Assembly (NCBI GenBank): GCA_964407925.1
Contig: CAYOXM010000002.1
Location: forward strand, 1,046-65,045
Direction: 5' to 3'
DNA from: an uncultured Gammaproteobacteria bacterium
GTDB lineage: Bacteria > Patescibacteriota > Patescibacteriia > SG8-24
Length of the DNA stretch: 64,000 nt
Both the position numbers and the translations under genes were made by a program. Of the stretch, positions 36,170-46,966 are shown piece after piece (within the stretch, counting starts at the first letter, position 1; every line of letters starts with the position of its first letter). The notes below the pieces were generated by a model that worked only from the letters and a program-made list of their open reading frames with translations, did no database searches and was not told the origin of the DNA.

Positions 36170-37375
36170 TCAGGAGGCGAGCCGCGTGGCGACCGCGTCG
36201 ATGAATCCTTCCGTGGTCGCCGGTTCTTTCACTTCGAGCGTCGTCAGCTGCACGAGATCTTTCGTCATGATGCCGGCGTCGACGGTGTCCATCACCGCCT
36301 TCTCGAGGCGCTTCGCGAATGCCGTCACGTCCGGCGTCTTGTCGATCTCGCCCCGCTTCGCGAGCGCGCCGGTCCAGGCGAATATGCTCGCGACCGAGTT
36401 CGTCGAGGTCGGTTCGCCCTTCTGGTGCTTGTACCAGTGCCGCTGGACCGTGCCATGCGCGGCTTCGTATTCGTACACGCCGTTCGGGCTCACGAGCACC
36501 GAGGTCATCAGGCCCAGCGACCCGTAACCCGCGGCGAGCATGTCGGACATCACGTCGCCGTCGTAGTTCATGCAGGCCCACAGGATGCCGCCCTCGTGCC
36601 GCATCACCCGCGCGACGATGTCGTCGATGAGCGTGTAGAAGTGGTGAATGCCCGCCGCGTCGAAATCCTTGCGGCGCGTCTCGACCTCCTGTTCGAAAAT
36701 CTTCCTGAACGTCCCGTGATACGTCTTCGAAATCGTGTCCTTCGTGCCGAACCAGAGGTCCATTTTCTCCGACAGCGCGTACTCGATGCAGGCGCGCGCG
36801 AACGACATGATGGACTCCTCGGTGTTGTGAATCGCCTGCGCGATTCCCGGACCCTTGAGTTCGGTGACGAGCCGGCGTTCCTCAAGGCCGTTCGCGCCCG
36901 AGTAGATCAGTTCGACTTTGCCCGGGCCCCAACAGGCGATCTCGGCATTCTTATATATGTCGCCGTAGGCGTGGCGCGCGATGACGATCGGCTTTTTCCA
37001 CGAGCGGACCATCGGCGGAATGCTTTTCACCATGATCGGCTTGCGGAACACCGTGCCGTCGAGGATGCCCCGGATGGTGGCGTTCGGGCTGTCCCACGCG
37101 CGCTTCAGCGAGTACTCGAGCACGCGGTCGTTGTTCGGGGTGATGGTGGCGCATTTCACGCCGACGCCGTGGCGCAGGATTGCCTCCGCCGCCCCGACCG
37201 TCACCTTGTCGTCGGTCGCGTCGCGGTTCTTGATGCCGAGATCGAAGTACTCGAGATTGACGTCGAGGTTCGGAAGAATCAGTTTCTCCTTGATGAGTTG
37301 CCAGATGACGCGGGTCATCTCGTCGCCGTCGAGCTCGACGAGCGGCGTCAGGACCTTCGGTTTCGTGATTGGCAT
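36170..37375 (-). CDS. icd: NADP-dependent isocitrate dehydrogenase (eukaryote-like homodimeric type)
   Basis: [57 protein letters not shown]. Confidence 0.95.
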   Translation of the reverse strand: MPITKPKVLTPLVELDGDEMTRVIWQLIKEKLILPNLDVNLEYFDLGIKNRDATDDKVTVGAAEAILRHGVGVKCATITPNNDRVLEYSLKRAWDSPNATIRGILDGTVFRKPIMVKSIPPMVRSWKKPIVIARHAYGDIYKNAEIACWGPGKVELIYSGANGLEERRLVTELKGPGIAQAIHNTEESIMSFARACIEYALSEKMDLWFGTKDTISKTYHGTFRKIFEQEVETRRKDFDAAGIHHFYTLIDDIVARVMRHEGGILWACMNYDGDVMSDMLAAGYGSLGLMTSVLVSPNGVYEYEAAHGTVQRHWYKHQKGEPTSTNSVASIFAWTGALAKRGEIDKTPDVTAFAKRLEKAVMDTVDAGIMTKDLVQLTTLEVKEPATTEGFIDAVATRLAS

Positions 37376-37435
37376 GGGCGTGCGGAAAGAGTTATCATCG
37401 TGGGCGAAGTGTACCATGACGAATTTTTGACTACT

Positions 37436-40129
37436 ATGCTCGACCCCTTCCGCGCCAAACGCACGCTCTCGACTGAGGACAGAGACGTCACCTACTATGC
37501 GCTCTCCGCGCTGCAAGAGGCGGGTTTAGCCAAAATTTCACGCCTCCCGTACGCGATTCGCGTGCTTTTGGAAGCGCTCCTGCGCACCGTCGACGGCCGT
37601 GCGGTGACTGAAGATGACGTCCGGCGACTCGCGCGCTGGGGAGAGGCGGGGAACGAAGGCGCGGAGCTCCCGTTCCGGCCCTCCCGCGTCGTCCTGCAGG
37701 ACTTCACGGGCGTCCCGTGCATCGCCGACCTCGCGGCGATGCGTGACGCGCTCGCCGAGGCCGGGGGCGATCCCGCCAAGGTGAACCCGCTCATCCCCGT
37801 CGATCTCGTCATCGACCATTCGGTGCAGGTGGACGCGCACGGCACGTCCGGCGCGCTCGCCGAAAACGTCCGGCGCGAATTCGAACGCAACGGCGAACGC
37901 TACGCGTTCCTCAAGTGGGGCCAGCGCGCGTTCGCGAACCTGCGCGTCGTCCCGCCGGCGACCGGCATCGTGCATCAGGTCAATTTGGAGCTGCTCGCGT
38001 CCGTCGTGCGCGTCGAGGAGCTCGGCGGGGAACGCGTCGCTTTCCCGGACACGGTCGTCGGCACCGACTCGCATACCACGATGATCAACGGTCTCGGCGT
38101 GCTGGGCTGGGGCGTCGGCGGCATCGAGGCGGAGGCGGCGATGCTGGGACAGCCCGTCGCCATGACCGCGCCGCCGGTCGTCGGCGTCGAACTGTCCGGC
38201 GCGTTGCGAGAAGGGGTGACGGCGACCGATCTCGTGCTCGCCATAACCGAGATCCTGCGGAAACACGGCGTCGTGGAAAAATTCGTCGAATTCCACGGGT
38301 CCGGCGCGTCCGCTCTCTCTCTCGCCGACCGCGCGACGGTCGCGAACATGGCTCCGGAATACGGCGCGACGGTCGGTTATTTCCCGATCGACGGCGAAAC
38401 GCTCCGCTACCTCCGTGCCACCGGTCGTGAGGAGCGTCATGTCGCGCTCGTCGAGGCGTACGCGAAGGCGCAGGGACTTTTCCGCGAGGACGGCGCGCCG
38501 ACCCCGTCGTATTCGGAGCGCGTCGCCATCGACCTCGCGCGCGTCGAGCCGGCCGTCGCGGGTCCGAAGCGTCCGCAGGACCGCGTTCCGCTCTCGCAGG
38601 TAAAACGATCGTTCCGCGAAGCGCTCATCGCGCCGACGGAGAAACGCGGCTACGGCCTCGCGCATGAAGCGCTGACGGGGAACGACGAGGCGGCGGTACG
38701 TCACGGATCGGTCATCATCGCCGCCATCACCAGCTGCACCAATACCTCGAATCCTTCAGTGATGCTTGCCGCGGGATTGCTCGCCAAAAAGGCGACCGAG
38801 CGGGGACTCCGCGTGCCGGACCACGTGAAAACCAGCCTCGCGCCGGGTTCGCGCGCGGTCACGGCGTATCTGGAAAAAGCAGGTCTCACCGCGCCGCTCG
38901 AGCAGCTCGGTTTCGGCGTCGTCGGCTACGGCTGCACGACGTGCATCGGGAACAGCGGACCGGTCGAAGACGCGATCGCCGAGCGCATCGAGCGTGACGG
39001 TATCGTTGCGGCCGCAGTGCTTTCCGGCAACCGCAATTTCGAAGGACGCGTGCATCCGTCAGCCAAGGCGAACTATCTCGCGTCGCCGCCGCTCGTCGTC
39101 GCATACGCGCTCGCGGGCCGCGTCGACGTCGATTTCGCGACCGAGCCGATCGGAATCGACTCCGCGGGGAAGCCGGTGACGCTCGCCGAACTTTGGCCGT
39201 CATCAGCGGAAATCGACGAAGCCATGCGCGGTGCGCTCACGCCCGAGGTGTTCCGCGAACAGTACGGCCGCGCGTTCGAGGGAAGCGCCGAGTGGCAAGC
39301 GGTGAAGGCCGCAGGAGGCGACCGCTACGCTTGGGACGCGGCTTCTTCCTACATCAAAGCGCCGCCGTTCTTCGCGTCGGCTCCCGCGAACGCGCCCGGT
39401 ATCGCCGGCGCGCGGGCGCTCGTCATGCTCGGCGACTCGGTCACGACCGACCACATCTCTCCCGCGGGCAACATCGCCATGAAGAGCGCGGCGGCGAAAT
39501 ACCTGATGGGACTTGGCGTCGTGCCTTCGGACTTCAATTCGTACGGCGCGCGTCGCGGCAACCACGAAGTGATGATGCGCGGGACGTTCGCGAACGTACG
39601 GCTCAAGAACCTTCTCGCGCCCGGCACCGAGGGCGGCGTCACGACGCACCTGCCGAGCGGCGACGTCATGAGCATCTTCGACGCGTCCGCGCGATACGTC
39701 GAAACGGGGACGCCGCTCATCGTCATCGCCGGCAAGGATTACGGCATGGGTTCTTCACGCGACTGGGCGGCAAAAGGGGTGCGACTGCTCGGCGTCAAGG
39801 CAGTGCTCTTCGAGAGCGTCGAGCGCATTCACCGAAGCAATCTCGCCGGCATGGGCATCCTGCCGCTGCAATTCAAGCCGGGAGAAACGCCCGCGACGCT
39901 CGGTCTTACGGGGCGGGAGACGTTCACCGTCGCGTACGATGCCGCGACGCTCGCACCGGGACAGGACCTGCGGATCGTCGCGCGACGCGACGATGGCGCG
40001 GAGACGACGTTCGTCGCGGTTTGCAGGCTCGATACGCCGGTCGAAATCGACTATCACCGCTGCGGCGGCATCCTCCCGTACGTCCTTCGCGCGATGTCGA
40101 AGACCGGAGCGACGCGCGTTCAGCCATAG
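37436..40129 (+). CDS. acnA: Aconitate hydratase A
   Basis: [63 protein letters not shown]. Confidence 0.96.
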   Translation: MLDPFRAKRTLSTEDRDVTYYALSALQEAGLAKISRLPYAIRVLLEALLRTVDGRAVTEDDVRRLARWGEAGNEGAELPFRPSRVVLQDFTGVPCIADLAAMRDALAEAGGDPAKVNPLIPVDLVIDHSVQVDAHGTSGALAENVRREFERNGERYAFLKWGQRAFANLRVVPPATGIVHQVNLELLASVVRVEELGGERVAFPDTVVGTDSHTTMINGLGVLGWGVGGIEAEAAMLGQPVAMTAPPVVGVELSGALREGVTATDLVLAITEILRKHGVVEKFVEFHGSGASALSLADRATVANMAPEYGATVGYFPIDGETLRYLRATGREERHVALVEAYAKAQGLFREDGAPTPSYSERVAIDLARVEPAVAGPKRPQDRVPLSQVKRSFREALIAPTEKRGYGLAHEALTGNDEAAVRHGSVIIAAITSCTNTSNPSVMLAAGLLAKKATERGLRVPDHVKTSLAPGSRAVTAYLEKAGLTAPLEQLGFGVVGYGCTTCIGNSGPVEDAIAERIERDGIVAAAVLSGNRNFEGRVHPSAKANYLASPPLVVAYALAGRVDVDFATEPIGIDSAGKPVTLAELWPSSAEIDEAMRGALTPEVFREQYGRAFEGSAEWQAVKAAGGDRYAWDAASSYIKAPPFFASAPANAPGIAGARALVMLGDSVTTDHISPAGNIAMKSAAAKYLMGLGVVPSDFNSYGARRGNHEVMMRGTFANVRLKNLLAPGTEGGVTTHLPSGDVMSIFDASARYVETGTPLIVIAGKDYGMGSSRDWAAKGVRLLGVKAVLFESVERIHRSNLAGMGILPLQFKPGETPATLGLTGRETFTVAYDAATLAPGQDLRIVARRDDGAETTFVAVCRLDTPVEIDYHRCGGILPYVLRAMSKTGATRVQP

Positions 40130-40149
40130 CGGGACGCAGCAAAAGCGGG

Positions 40150-40176
40150 AAAGGCCGCGCACGCGCGGCCTTTTTT
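40150..40176 (+). terminator. Rho-independent terminator
   Basis: AAAGGCCGCGC-ac-GCGCGGCCTTTTTT. Confidence 0.8.
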
Positions 40177-40207
40177 CGTCTGCGGGGATGCGGTATGCTG
40201 AATGCCT

Positions 40208-41524
40208 ATGCGAACCTCAACTTTTCTCGCCTTCGCGCTTCTCGCCACGCTCGTTTTTCCCGCGCCGTCGCAAGCCGGAACGCTCGCCGACCGTCTGCGC
40301 GGCTACGTCCTTTTGCAAGTCCAGCAGCACGGCGAGGCGTGGTACGTGTCGCCGACGGACGGATCGCGCACGTACATGAAAGACGGCGCAGCGGCATTTT
40401 CCGTCATGCGTTCCCACGGCCTCGGCATCACCGACGCGGACCTATCGTCGCTCCAAGCGGGGAACGCGGCGCTCAAGTCGCGCCTCCTCGGGCGCATCGT
40501 GCTCCAAGTCCAGCAGCACGGCGAGGCGTGGTACGTATGTCCTCGCGACGGCGTCGTGACGTACATGAAGGACGGTGCGGCGGCGTTTGCCATCATGCGC
40601 GCCTGCGGCCTCGGCATCACCGACGCGGACCTCGGTACCATCGCCGTCGCGGGATCGACATCTGCGTCCGCCTCGCCGAGCGTGCCAGCCTCGGGAATCG
40701 CGTCCATCGGCGGCTGCCAGATGTTTCCGGCGGACAATCCGTGGAATCGCGACATCTCCAAAGACCCCGTCCATCCGAAGTCCGCGACATACGTCGCCTC
40801 CATCGGCAGCGGCGGTCACCTTCACCCCGATTTCGGCGGAAACGGCGAGTACGGCATTCCTTATGACGTCGTTCCGGGGACGCAGCCGAAAGTGCCGATA
40901 ACGTGGACCGCGTACGGCGACGAATCCGATCCCGGTCCGTATCCGATTCCGCCGAACGCAAAAGTCGAGAATGGCAGCGATGCGCACGTGCTCGTGCTCG
41001 ATAGCGGGGCTTGCAAGCTCTATGAGCTGTACGCGGCCGCGAAGACGGCGAACGGATGGTCGGCGGATTCCGGCGCGGTCTTTGATTTGAAGTCCAACGC
41101 CCTGCGGCCCGAGGGGTGGACGTCCGCGGACGCTGCCGGGCTGCCGATCCTTCCCGGGCTCATTCGCTATGACGAAGTCGCCGCCGGAGCGGTGAAGCAC
41201 GCCATCCGCTTCACGGCGAGCCGCACCCAGAACGGCTGGATCCATCCTGCCACGCATCATGCCGGATCGAATGATCCCAGCCGTCCGCCCATGGGACTGC
41301 GCATGCGCCTGAAGGCAGACTACGACCTTTCCGGATTTTCTGGCCAGTCGCGCGTCATTCTCGAGGCGATGAAGAAATACGGACTGATTCTCGCCGACAA
41401 CGGCTCGAATTGGTTCTTCACGGGCGCCGCCGATCCTCGGTGGGACGACGATGACCTCAACCAAATGAAGGCGGTTCCGGGAAGCGCGTTCGAGGCGGTC
41501 TATACGGGAGAAATACTGAGGTAG
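40208..41524 (+). CDS. Secreted protein with duplicated N-terminal surface module and conserved C-terminal domain of unknown function
   Basis: Signal peptide; two copies of LQVQQHGEAWYV...GLGITDADL; C-terminal FPADNPWN, SADAAGLP, HAIRFT, YGLILADNG. Confidence 0.8.
   Translation: MRTSTFLAFALLATLVFPAPSQAGTLADRLRGYVLLQVQQHGEAWYVSPTDGSRTYMKDGAAAFSVMRSHGLGITDADLSSLQAGNAALKSRLLGRIVLQVQQHGEAWYVCPRDGVVTYMKDGAAAFAIMRACGLGITDADLGTIAVAGSTSASASPSVPASGIASIGGCQMFPADNPWNRDISKDPVHPKSATYVASIGSGGHLHPDFGGNGEYGIPYDVVPGTQPKVPITWTAYGDESDPGPYPIPPNAKVENGSDAHVLVLDSGACKLYELYAAAKTANGWSADSGAVFDLKSNALRPEGWTSADAAGLPILPGLIRYDEVAAGAVKHAIRFTASRTQNGWIHPATHHAGSNDPSRPPMGLRMRLKADYDLSGFSGQSRVILEAMKKYGLILADNGSNWFFTGAADPRWDDDDLNQMKAVPGSAFEAVYTGEILR
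40316..40632 (+). repeat. Intragenic tandem duplication, period 189 nt (63 aa)
   Basis: Identical 32-mer CAAGTCCAGCAGCACGGCGAGGCGTGGTACGT at 40316 and 40505; identical GGCCTCGGCATCACCGACGCGGACCT at 40418 and 40607. Confidence 0.9.
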
Positions 41525-41559
41525 GCGGCGACGCGACGCAAAAATGCTATACTGGCGGC

Positions 41560-42840
41560 ATGGGCGTCTCCGCGAAAAATCCGAACACGGCTGAGCACAG
41601 GCACGAGCTGTCCGACGACGATGCCGTCGAGCTTTATCGTTGGCTGACGATTCCGCGCGTCGCTACCGTCGGCGTCATGGTCGCCGCCATTTCTTGGTTC
41701 TGGTTCCATGGCGCCATCGACTTCGATCCCGAACCGATCATCTTCGGGCTCGTGCCGATTTTCCTTGCCGCTTCGGCGACCGTCGGCGTCCTCATCATGC
41801 GCAAGCTGCGCGCCGCGTTCCTGCTCGTGGTCCAGCTCGTCATCGACACGATGGGCGTCACCGCGGCGATCCTCATGACCGGAGGCATTCGCAGCCCGTT
41901 CATAGGCATGTACGTCCTTGTCATCGTTTCCGCCGGGATCATCTCGACGGGGACCGCGATCGGCATCGGCCTGCTCATCGCCGCGCTGTACGGCGGGATG
42001 GCCTGGCTGGACCGTCTCGGCGGACCGGTCGTCCACGGGATGTCGATGGGGTACGCGCAAAACGACGCCATCAGCCTGACGGTATACGTCCTCGTCGTGG
42101 CGCTCGTCGCCTTCCAAAGCCAATTTTACGCGCGACGCATCCGCGAGAAGGACGAGGAACTCCTCAAGCTCAAGGACGAATTCCTCTTTCGCACCATACA
42201 CGACCTCCGCTCGCCGTCGACGGTCATCAGGCTCATTCTCGAAAAATACGCCGATCCCGTCCTGCACCGTAAATTCCCGGAAATGGAGGGCGACATCGGC
42301 ATGATCCAGGGCGCGCTCGGGCGCATGACGAACCTCATTGAGGACCTCCTCAAGATCGGCCGCGGGGAGCAGACCGGATTCGTGCTGAAAAAGGACGCGC
42401 TTGATCCGGCGGCGGTTATGAACGGCGTCATCGCCGAGCTCGGTCCCGTCATCAAGAAGAAAAACGTGACGGTCGAGCATGTCGCGGCGGGCGCGGCGAA
42501 GATTCTCGGCGACGCGGAGAAGCTGAAGGAGGCATTCAACAATTTCGTGGAAAACGCGGTGAAGTACAACCGCGATGGCGGCGCGATAACCGTCGCCTAC
42601 CGGAAGGAGGCACGCGCCCTTGCCGTCACCATTGCCGACACGGGCATCGGCATTTCGGAAAAGAGCCTCCAGAAACTTTTCACGCCGTATTTCCGGGGGG
42701 ACATCGGGCGGGAAATACAGGGGACGGGGCTCGGCCTCTACATGACCAAACGGCTTATCGAAAAAATGGGAGGCGCGGTCGCGGTGGCGTCCGTGAAGGA
42801 AAAGGGGACGACATTCACCGTGCGGCTGCCGCTCGCGTGA
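41560..42840 (+). CDS. Multi-TM sensor histidine kinase
   Basis: About 6 TM; IHDLRSP H-box, NFVENAVKYN, DTGIGI, GTGLGL. Confidence 0.9.
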   Translation: MGVSAKNPNTAEHRHELSDDDAVELYRWLTIPRVATVGVMVAAISWFWFHGAIDFDPEPIIFGLVPIFLAASATVGVLIMRKLRAAFLLVVQLVIDTMGVTAAILMTGGIRSPFIGMYVLVIVSAGIISTGTAIGIGLLIAALYGGMAWLDRLGGPVVHGMSMGYAQNDAISLTVYVLVVALVAFQSQFYARRIREKDEELLKLKDEFLFRTIHDLRSPSTVIRLILEKYADPVLHRKFPEMEGDIGMIQGALGRMTNLIEDLLKIGRGEQTGFVLKKDALDPAAVMNGVIAELGPVIKKKNVTVEHVAAGAAKILGDAEKLKEAFNNFVENAVKYNRDGGAITVAYRKEARALAVTIADTGIGISEKSLQKLFTPYFRGDIGREIQGTGLGLYMTKRLIEKMGGAVAVASVKEKGTTFTVRLPLA

Positions 42841-42851
42841 ACGGCCGCAAT

Positions 42852-42880
42852 AAAAGCCCCCGCAACGCTGCGGGGGCTTT
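42852..42880. terminator. Bidirectional terminator
   Basis: AAAAGCCCCCGCA...TGCGGGGGCTTT. Confidence 0.8.
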
Positions 42881-42885
42881 CAAAT

Positions 42886-43326
42886 TCACTGCTCCGTCCG
42901 TTCGGTCCAGCACGTCCTTCCGGCGGGATGGGACCAGTAGTCCGTCGCCGGGGCGACGCCCGGTTTGCCGATGGGCGCGGGTCGCGCCGGCTTTTCGGAG
43001 GGGAGTTCGAAGGTCGCACAGAGCTCGAACGACGTCGATGAGACGGCGCGGTAGCCGTACGGTTCTCCCGTCCGCGGATCAGCAGCCATGACCTCGGGGT
43101 ATCGCTCGGCGAGCGCGGCGAGCGACGCGGGAAGCGCGCCTTCCTGCTCGAGCGTCATCCGCGCGGCCGACGCGAGGGACTGGAGCGCCGCGGAACGCTC
43201 CTGGTCGAACCGCCGCATGCGCTCGTCATTCGGGTTGCCGGCCATGAATGCTCCCGCCGCCAGCGCGCATGCGGCGACGAGGGCTGCGGAAAGGGCGAGA
43301 ATCCTCCTGAGGGCGTCGGTCTTCAT
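42886..43326 (-). CDS. Membrane-anchored pseudopilin-like hypothetical protein
   Basis: TM, then R..RFD..R...L, LP.SL..L, DPRTG.PY.Y, FELCATF, W.HPAGR.C; ATGA overlap with upstream gene. Confidence 0.72.
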   Translation of the reverse strand: MKTDALRRILALSAALVAACALAAGAFMAGNPNDERMRRFDQERSAALQSLASAARMTLEQEGALPASLAALAERYPEVMAADPRTGEPYGYRAVSSTSFELCATFELPSEKPARPAPIGKPGVAPATDYWSHPAGRTCWTERTEQ

Positions 43327-43952
43327 GCGTCGTTCTCCTCGCGGCGGAGGTCCAGCAGGTAGTAGAGGAGCGTGCCACCGGTGATGGCGAGCACGGTGAG
43401 CGCCTTCAGGGCGAAGCGCGCCGTCATGTCCCCCTCGAGAAACCCGTTGATGAGGGCGATCAGGTCGACGATTCCGGCGGCTCCCGCGGTGAACAGCGTC
43501 ACGTACGTGAGCCACTTGCGCACCTTCGACGCGCGCTTCGCGGGGTCGCGCCGCGCCGCCCGTTCCGCCGTCCAGGACAGGAAGGCGAACACGGGGCCGG
43601 CGACGACGAGCGCCGAAAGCGCGAGGCGCACGGTCGACGCGGAACCGTTGGCGTACTGGTTCAGCGGATCGGCGATCAGCCGGTCGATGCCTTCGAATGC
43701 CAGCGTGCCGACGCTGAACGCGCTGATGTAGAGGCAGAGGAAGAGCGTGAGGTAGTGGAACGCCTCACGCGCCGAAAGGTACGGCTTGCGACGCGGAACG
43801 GGCACGGGAAAATCCATGTCGACATAGGCGTCGAGCGCGTCGCGCACGTCGTCGTCCGGCCAGCCGGCGTCCTTCAGGGCGGCGGCGATTTTGACGTTTT
43901 CGACGCCGCGGACCTTCGCTTCCTTTACGAAATCCTTCAGCTCCTGCTCCAT
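43323..43952 (-). CDS. DUF5671-like membrane protein
   Basis: AL..AGWP, SAREAF.YL..F..LY, SKVRKWLTY.TLF, FLEGD.T.RF.LK. Confidence 0.78.
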   Translation of the reverse strand: MEQELKDFVKEAKVRGVENVKIAAALKDAGWPDDDVRDALDAYVDMDFPVPVPRRKPYLSAREAFHYLTLFLCLYISAFSVGTLAFEGIDRLIADPLNQYANGSASTVRLALSALVVAGPVFAFLSWTAERAARRDPAKRASKVRKWLTYVTLFTAGAAGIVDLIALINGFLEGDMTARFALKALTVLAITGGTLLYYLLDLRREENDA

Positions 43953-44053
43953 CGGAAACTCCCTTCGACTGTTCGGGAAATGAACGTTGGCTCATCGTAG
44001 AGCCGCATCCGGAGAACGTCAACGAAGGACGCCGGCAGGCATCCTTGCGGACT

Positions 44054-44326
44054 CTAGGCGAGCGGAGAAGGCCGGCCTTCGTTGACGTCGCCGGCGAAAA
44101 AATACGCGGAACGGTATTCTTCGCCGAGGCCGCGCAGAAACGCCTCGCCGTCGGCGGGATAGGTCTGCCGCGCGAGCTGCATCGAGAAGACGCCGTCGGC
44201 CGCGATGCGCGCGCCGAGCGCGACGTCCCCCTCCCAGCTGACGTCCGTGCCGTCAAACGTGAACCTGACGAGCGTGATCGCCCTCCTCGCCGCCGCGTCA
44301 AACGTGCTGATATCGACCCATTGCAT
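44054..44326 (-). CDS. Small hypothetical protein, candidate immunity/antitoxin for the upstream kinase
   Basis: 90 aa; starts 5 nt after the kinase stop; YPADGEAFLRGL.EEY.SAYF motif. Confidence 0.6.
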   Translation of the reverse strand: MQWVDISTFDAAARRAITLVRFTFDGTDVSWEGDVALGARIAADGVFSMQLARQTYPADGEAFLRGLGEEYRSAYFFAGDVNEGRPSPLA

Positions 44327-44331
44327 ATTCG

Positions 44332-46602
44332 TCAGCCCTTGCCGATGCCGGCGTGAAAAATCGTCCACTCCGAATCCGGCAGGCGGAAATCGGGATCCGC
44401 GGCGCGGTGCAGCCTGCCCTCGAACTCCCTCCATGACCGCTTGCCGTCCTTCGGTCCGAGGAGCGTCATGAACATTTCCTTCAGGATGGCGAGCACCTCG
44501 CGATTTTCGAGAAGGTCCTCGACATTCTTGCGCAGGCCTTCGGGGACGGGCTCTCCGTTGACCTCCGTCAGCGGGAAGGAGCGCAGCTTGTCGTAATCGT
44601 GTACCCGTTCTCCGAAAATCGCGCCGTTGTCGATTGCGACATGCTTGCCGTCCTTGCTGATGAGCCAGTTGCCTGCGTGCCGGTCGCTGTTCTGCGTAAG
44701 CCAGTCAAACAGCCCGAGCTTTTTCAGCTCCTCGCGATGCCGGTCCTCCGCCCATCCGACGGTCGTCGCGACGTCGCCGACCTTCCAGTCCTGAACCGCG
44801 GCGATGCCTTCGGGTCCGTTGCGCAGGACCGTCGCTGGCACGAGGCCGAAACGCAACGCGCGGTCGATGAACGACGCCAGCACTTCGCGTCCCACCATGC
44901 CGCCTTCCGGAATGCCGTCGCGAACGCCGCGCTCGCGCAATCGCGACTTGTACAGCGCGGGCATGTCGCGGCCCTCGATGAGGACGTATCGCGGGCTGTT
45001 CGCGCTTTCGCCGCTGACGGCGCCGACGCGCTGAATGCGTCCGTGCAGCCGCTGCTCGTCGCCCACGCGCGACCGCTCGGCCTCGGCAGCGCCCAGAATG
45101 GTTCGTTCCATCGCGAGCATCAGGTCAACGCTCGCCCTGTCGGTCTTTTCGATGAGCATCGCGGCTTCCTTCTCCTCGCGCGTCTCCCTGCGCTCGGGCA
45201 GGGAGTGCGCACGCGCCTCGTCAAGCATCGCCTCGGCGTCGCTGCTCGGGACGCCGAGCGCGTCCATGAGCGACAGCCGCTGCTCCATCGGGTAGCGGCG
45301 GAGGATGTCGACGACCGTGTCATGCGAAAAACGCATCGCCTCGGCGGCGCTCGGTAGCAGGGCGGGATTTTTTTCGAGCAAGTCCTGCGTAACCGCGATT
45401 TTTTCTTCCAAAGAAAGGTCGGAACCCGTCGCCGCGACGTAATCAGGGAAGGCGTCGGGATGCTTTCTGGCCAATCGAAGACCGACGGCGAGCTTCTCGG
45501 AGGCGCTCAGGCCGAGTTCGTCAAGACGACCGCCCAGTTCGGGAAGACCCGCGACCATGGTGACGAGCGCGTCGATTTGCGCGTCCGGTCCGAGGTCGGG
45601 CAACCGCTTGAGCCCCTCGAGCGCCGACGGCGGATGCGCTTCCGCAAGGATGCGCAAATTCCTTATCTGGCGCTCCAGCGGAAGGTCGGCCAGCGCTTTA
45701 GCCGATGCGGAGGGGTTCGATTCGACGAGCGCGTCGGCGATTTTCACGTCAGCCACGCCCTCGAACAGCTCGGGAAACTCCTTAAGTACCGGCGTGCCGC
45801 CCTTGACGACGGCGCGCAGAAGAAGCGGTTCGCGGTCGTCATCCGCGGGAGGCGTTCGGCGCATCGCCTCGAGCGCCATGCGGACGTCGAACGAGGAGCC
45901 GCCGCCCGTCGCGAGCACTTCCGCGGGCGCCATCTTCCTGCGCTGCGCCGCCGCCGTCCGTTTTCCGAGATACGTCTCGAAAAAACGGCGGCGCACTGCC
46001 GGACCGGCCTCTTCGAGCAGTCCCGCGTAACGCTCGGCGAGGGGAAGGGCGGCGGCGTCGAGCGAGGCGAAGTCAAGTTTGGCCTCGATCTCGGGCCAGT
46101 CGTCCGGATGCGCACGCGCGGCGGCCTCGAACTTGTCATCAATGACCGCCATGAACGCGTCGGGGTCGTCGCGCAATTTCTCCGGCATTTTGTCCAGTGC
46201 GCCCGCGGTGGCGGGGAAAAAATGCCGATCGAGGAAATCCAGGTACGCGCGCGAACCCTCGGTCTCCGGTGCCTCTTCGGCGATAGCTTCGGCCTCGCGC
46301 CGCGCCTCTTCCGCGATCGCCCGCATGCGTTCGGCGTTCTCGCGAAGGAACTCCTCGCTGTCGCGCTTCAGCTGGGTAAGTTCGAACGGGACGTCGTCCA
46401 GGCCTTCGGTCGCGGAACCCATGACGGCGGCAGCCTGCCTCTCGGCCTCTGCGATGTCGTCGATGAGCGCGCGATACTCGCGTCCCGACGACTCCCTCGG
46501 CGTTTCTCTACCCTCCGAAAGCGGCTCCGGCCGCCCTTCAGGGCCGACGGGCCGCTCCGGAAACGGCATTTCGCGCGACTGTTCCGTCGGCATACGCGTC
46601 AT
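44332..46602 (-). CDS. Large acidic/helical protein with C-terminal PI3K/PI4K/HipA-like kinase domain
   Basis: ALYK (ATP-binding Lys), REVLAS.IDRAL.FGLVPAT, FDWLTQNSDRHAGNWL (catalytic loop), AIDNG. Confidence 0.82.
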   Translation of the reverse strand: MTRMPTEQSREMPFPERPVGPEGRPEPLSEGRETPRESSGREYRALIDDIAEAERQAAAVMGSATEGLDDVPFELTQLKRDSEEFLRENAERMRAIAEEARREAEAIAEEAPETEGSRAYLDFLDRHFFPATAGALDKMPEKLRDDPDAFMAVIDDKFEAAARAHPDDWPEIEAKLDFASLDAAALPLAERYAGLLEEAGPAVRRRFFETYLGKRTAAAQRRKMAPAEVLATGGGSSFDVRMALEAMRRTPPADDDREPLLLRAVVKGGTPVLKEFPELFEGVADVKIADALVESNPSASAKALADLPLERQIRNLRILAEAHPPSALEGLKRLPDLGPDAQIDALVTMVAGLPELGGRLDELGLSASEKLAVGLRLARKHPDAFPDYVAATGSDLSLEEKIAVTQDLLEKNPALLPSAAEAMRFSHDTVVDILRRYPMEQRLSLMDALGVPSSDAEAMLDEARAHSLPERRETREEKEAAMLIEKTDRASVDLMLAMERTILGAAEAERSRVGDEQRLHGRIQRVGAVSGESANSPRYVLIEGRDMPALYKSRLRERGVRDGIPEGGMVGREVLASFIDRALRFGLVPATVLRNGPEGIAAVQDWKVGDVATTVGWAEDRHREELKKLGLFDWLTQNSDRHAGNWLISKDGKHVAIDNGAIFGERVHDYDKLRSFPLTEVNGEPVPEGLRKNVEDLLENREVLAILKEMFMTLLGPKDGKRSWREFEGRLHRAADPDFRLPDSEWTIFHAGIGKG

Positions 46603-46853
46603 TCGAGGCTTTTACGGACGTTATCCGCCTTTACGCGCGCCGCCGCGCGCGCGAACCCATCAGCGGTTTCGCGCCGGCGTTTCTTGAGTTCGGCGATGCG
46701 TGCTTTCGCGCGTTCGTAGATCGCCTTCACCCGCGTTTCCTTGTCCGTGGTCATCGATTCGGTCATGGTCGCTCCGCCTTCCCGCCGCACCGCCATCGCG
46801 CCGAAAATCACGACGGTCGCCGCGACGGCGGCGAGCAGTGCCAAGGTCGGCAT
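46599..46853 (-). CDS. Small TM plus coiled-coil protein, first gene of the kinase operon
   Basis: ATGA overlap with the kinase start; -10 box TACACT 8 nt before the ATG. Confidence 0.6.
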   Translation of the reverse strand: MPTLALLAAVAATVVIFGAMAVRREGGATMTESMTTDKETRVKAIYERAKARIAELKKRRRETADGFARAAARVKADNVRKSLE

Positions 46854-46966
46854 ATGCTGAAAGTGTACCTGCCTGCGGCCCCTTTGACAAAGACGCTCAA
46901 GGGAGGAACAGTACCGTCGTCCCTCGGAGGGACGCGTTCATTTCCAAGGAGAAAGGGAACCACGTC

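Noticed and set aside
40316-40632. Repeat pair as a CRISPR array or DGR template/variable repeat
   Set aside because: Only two in-frame copies inside one CDS; differences are not adenine-specific; no cas or reverse transcriptase gene
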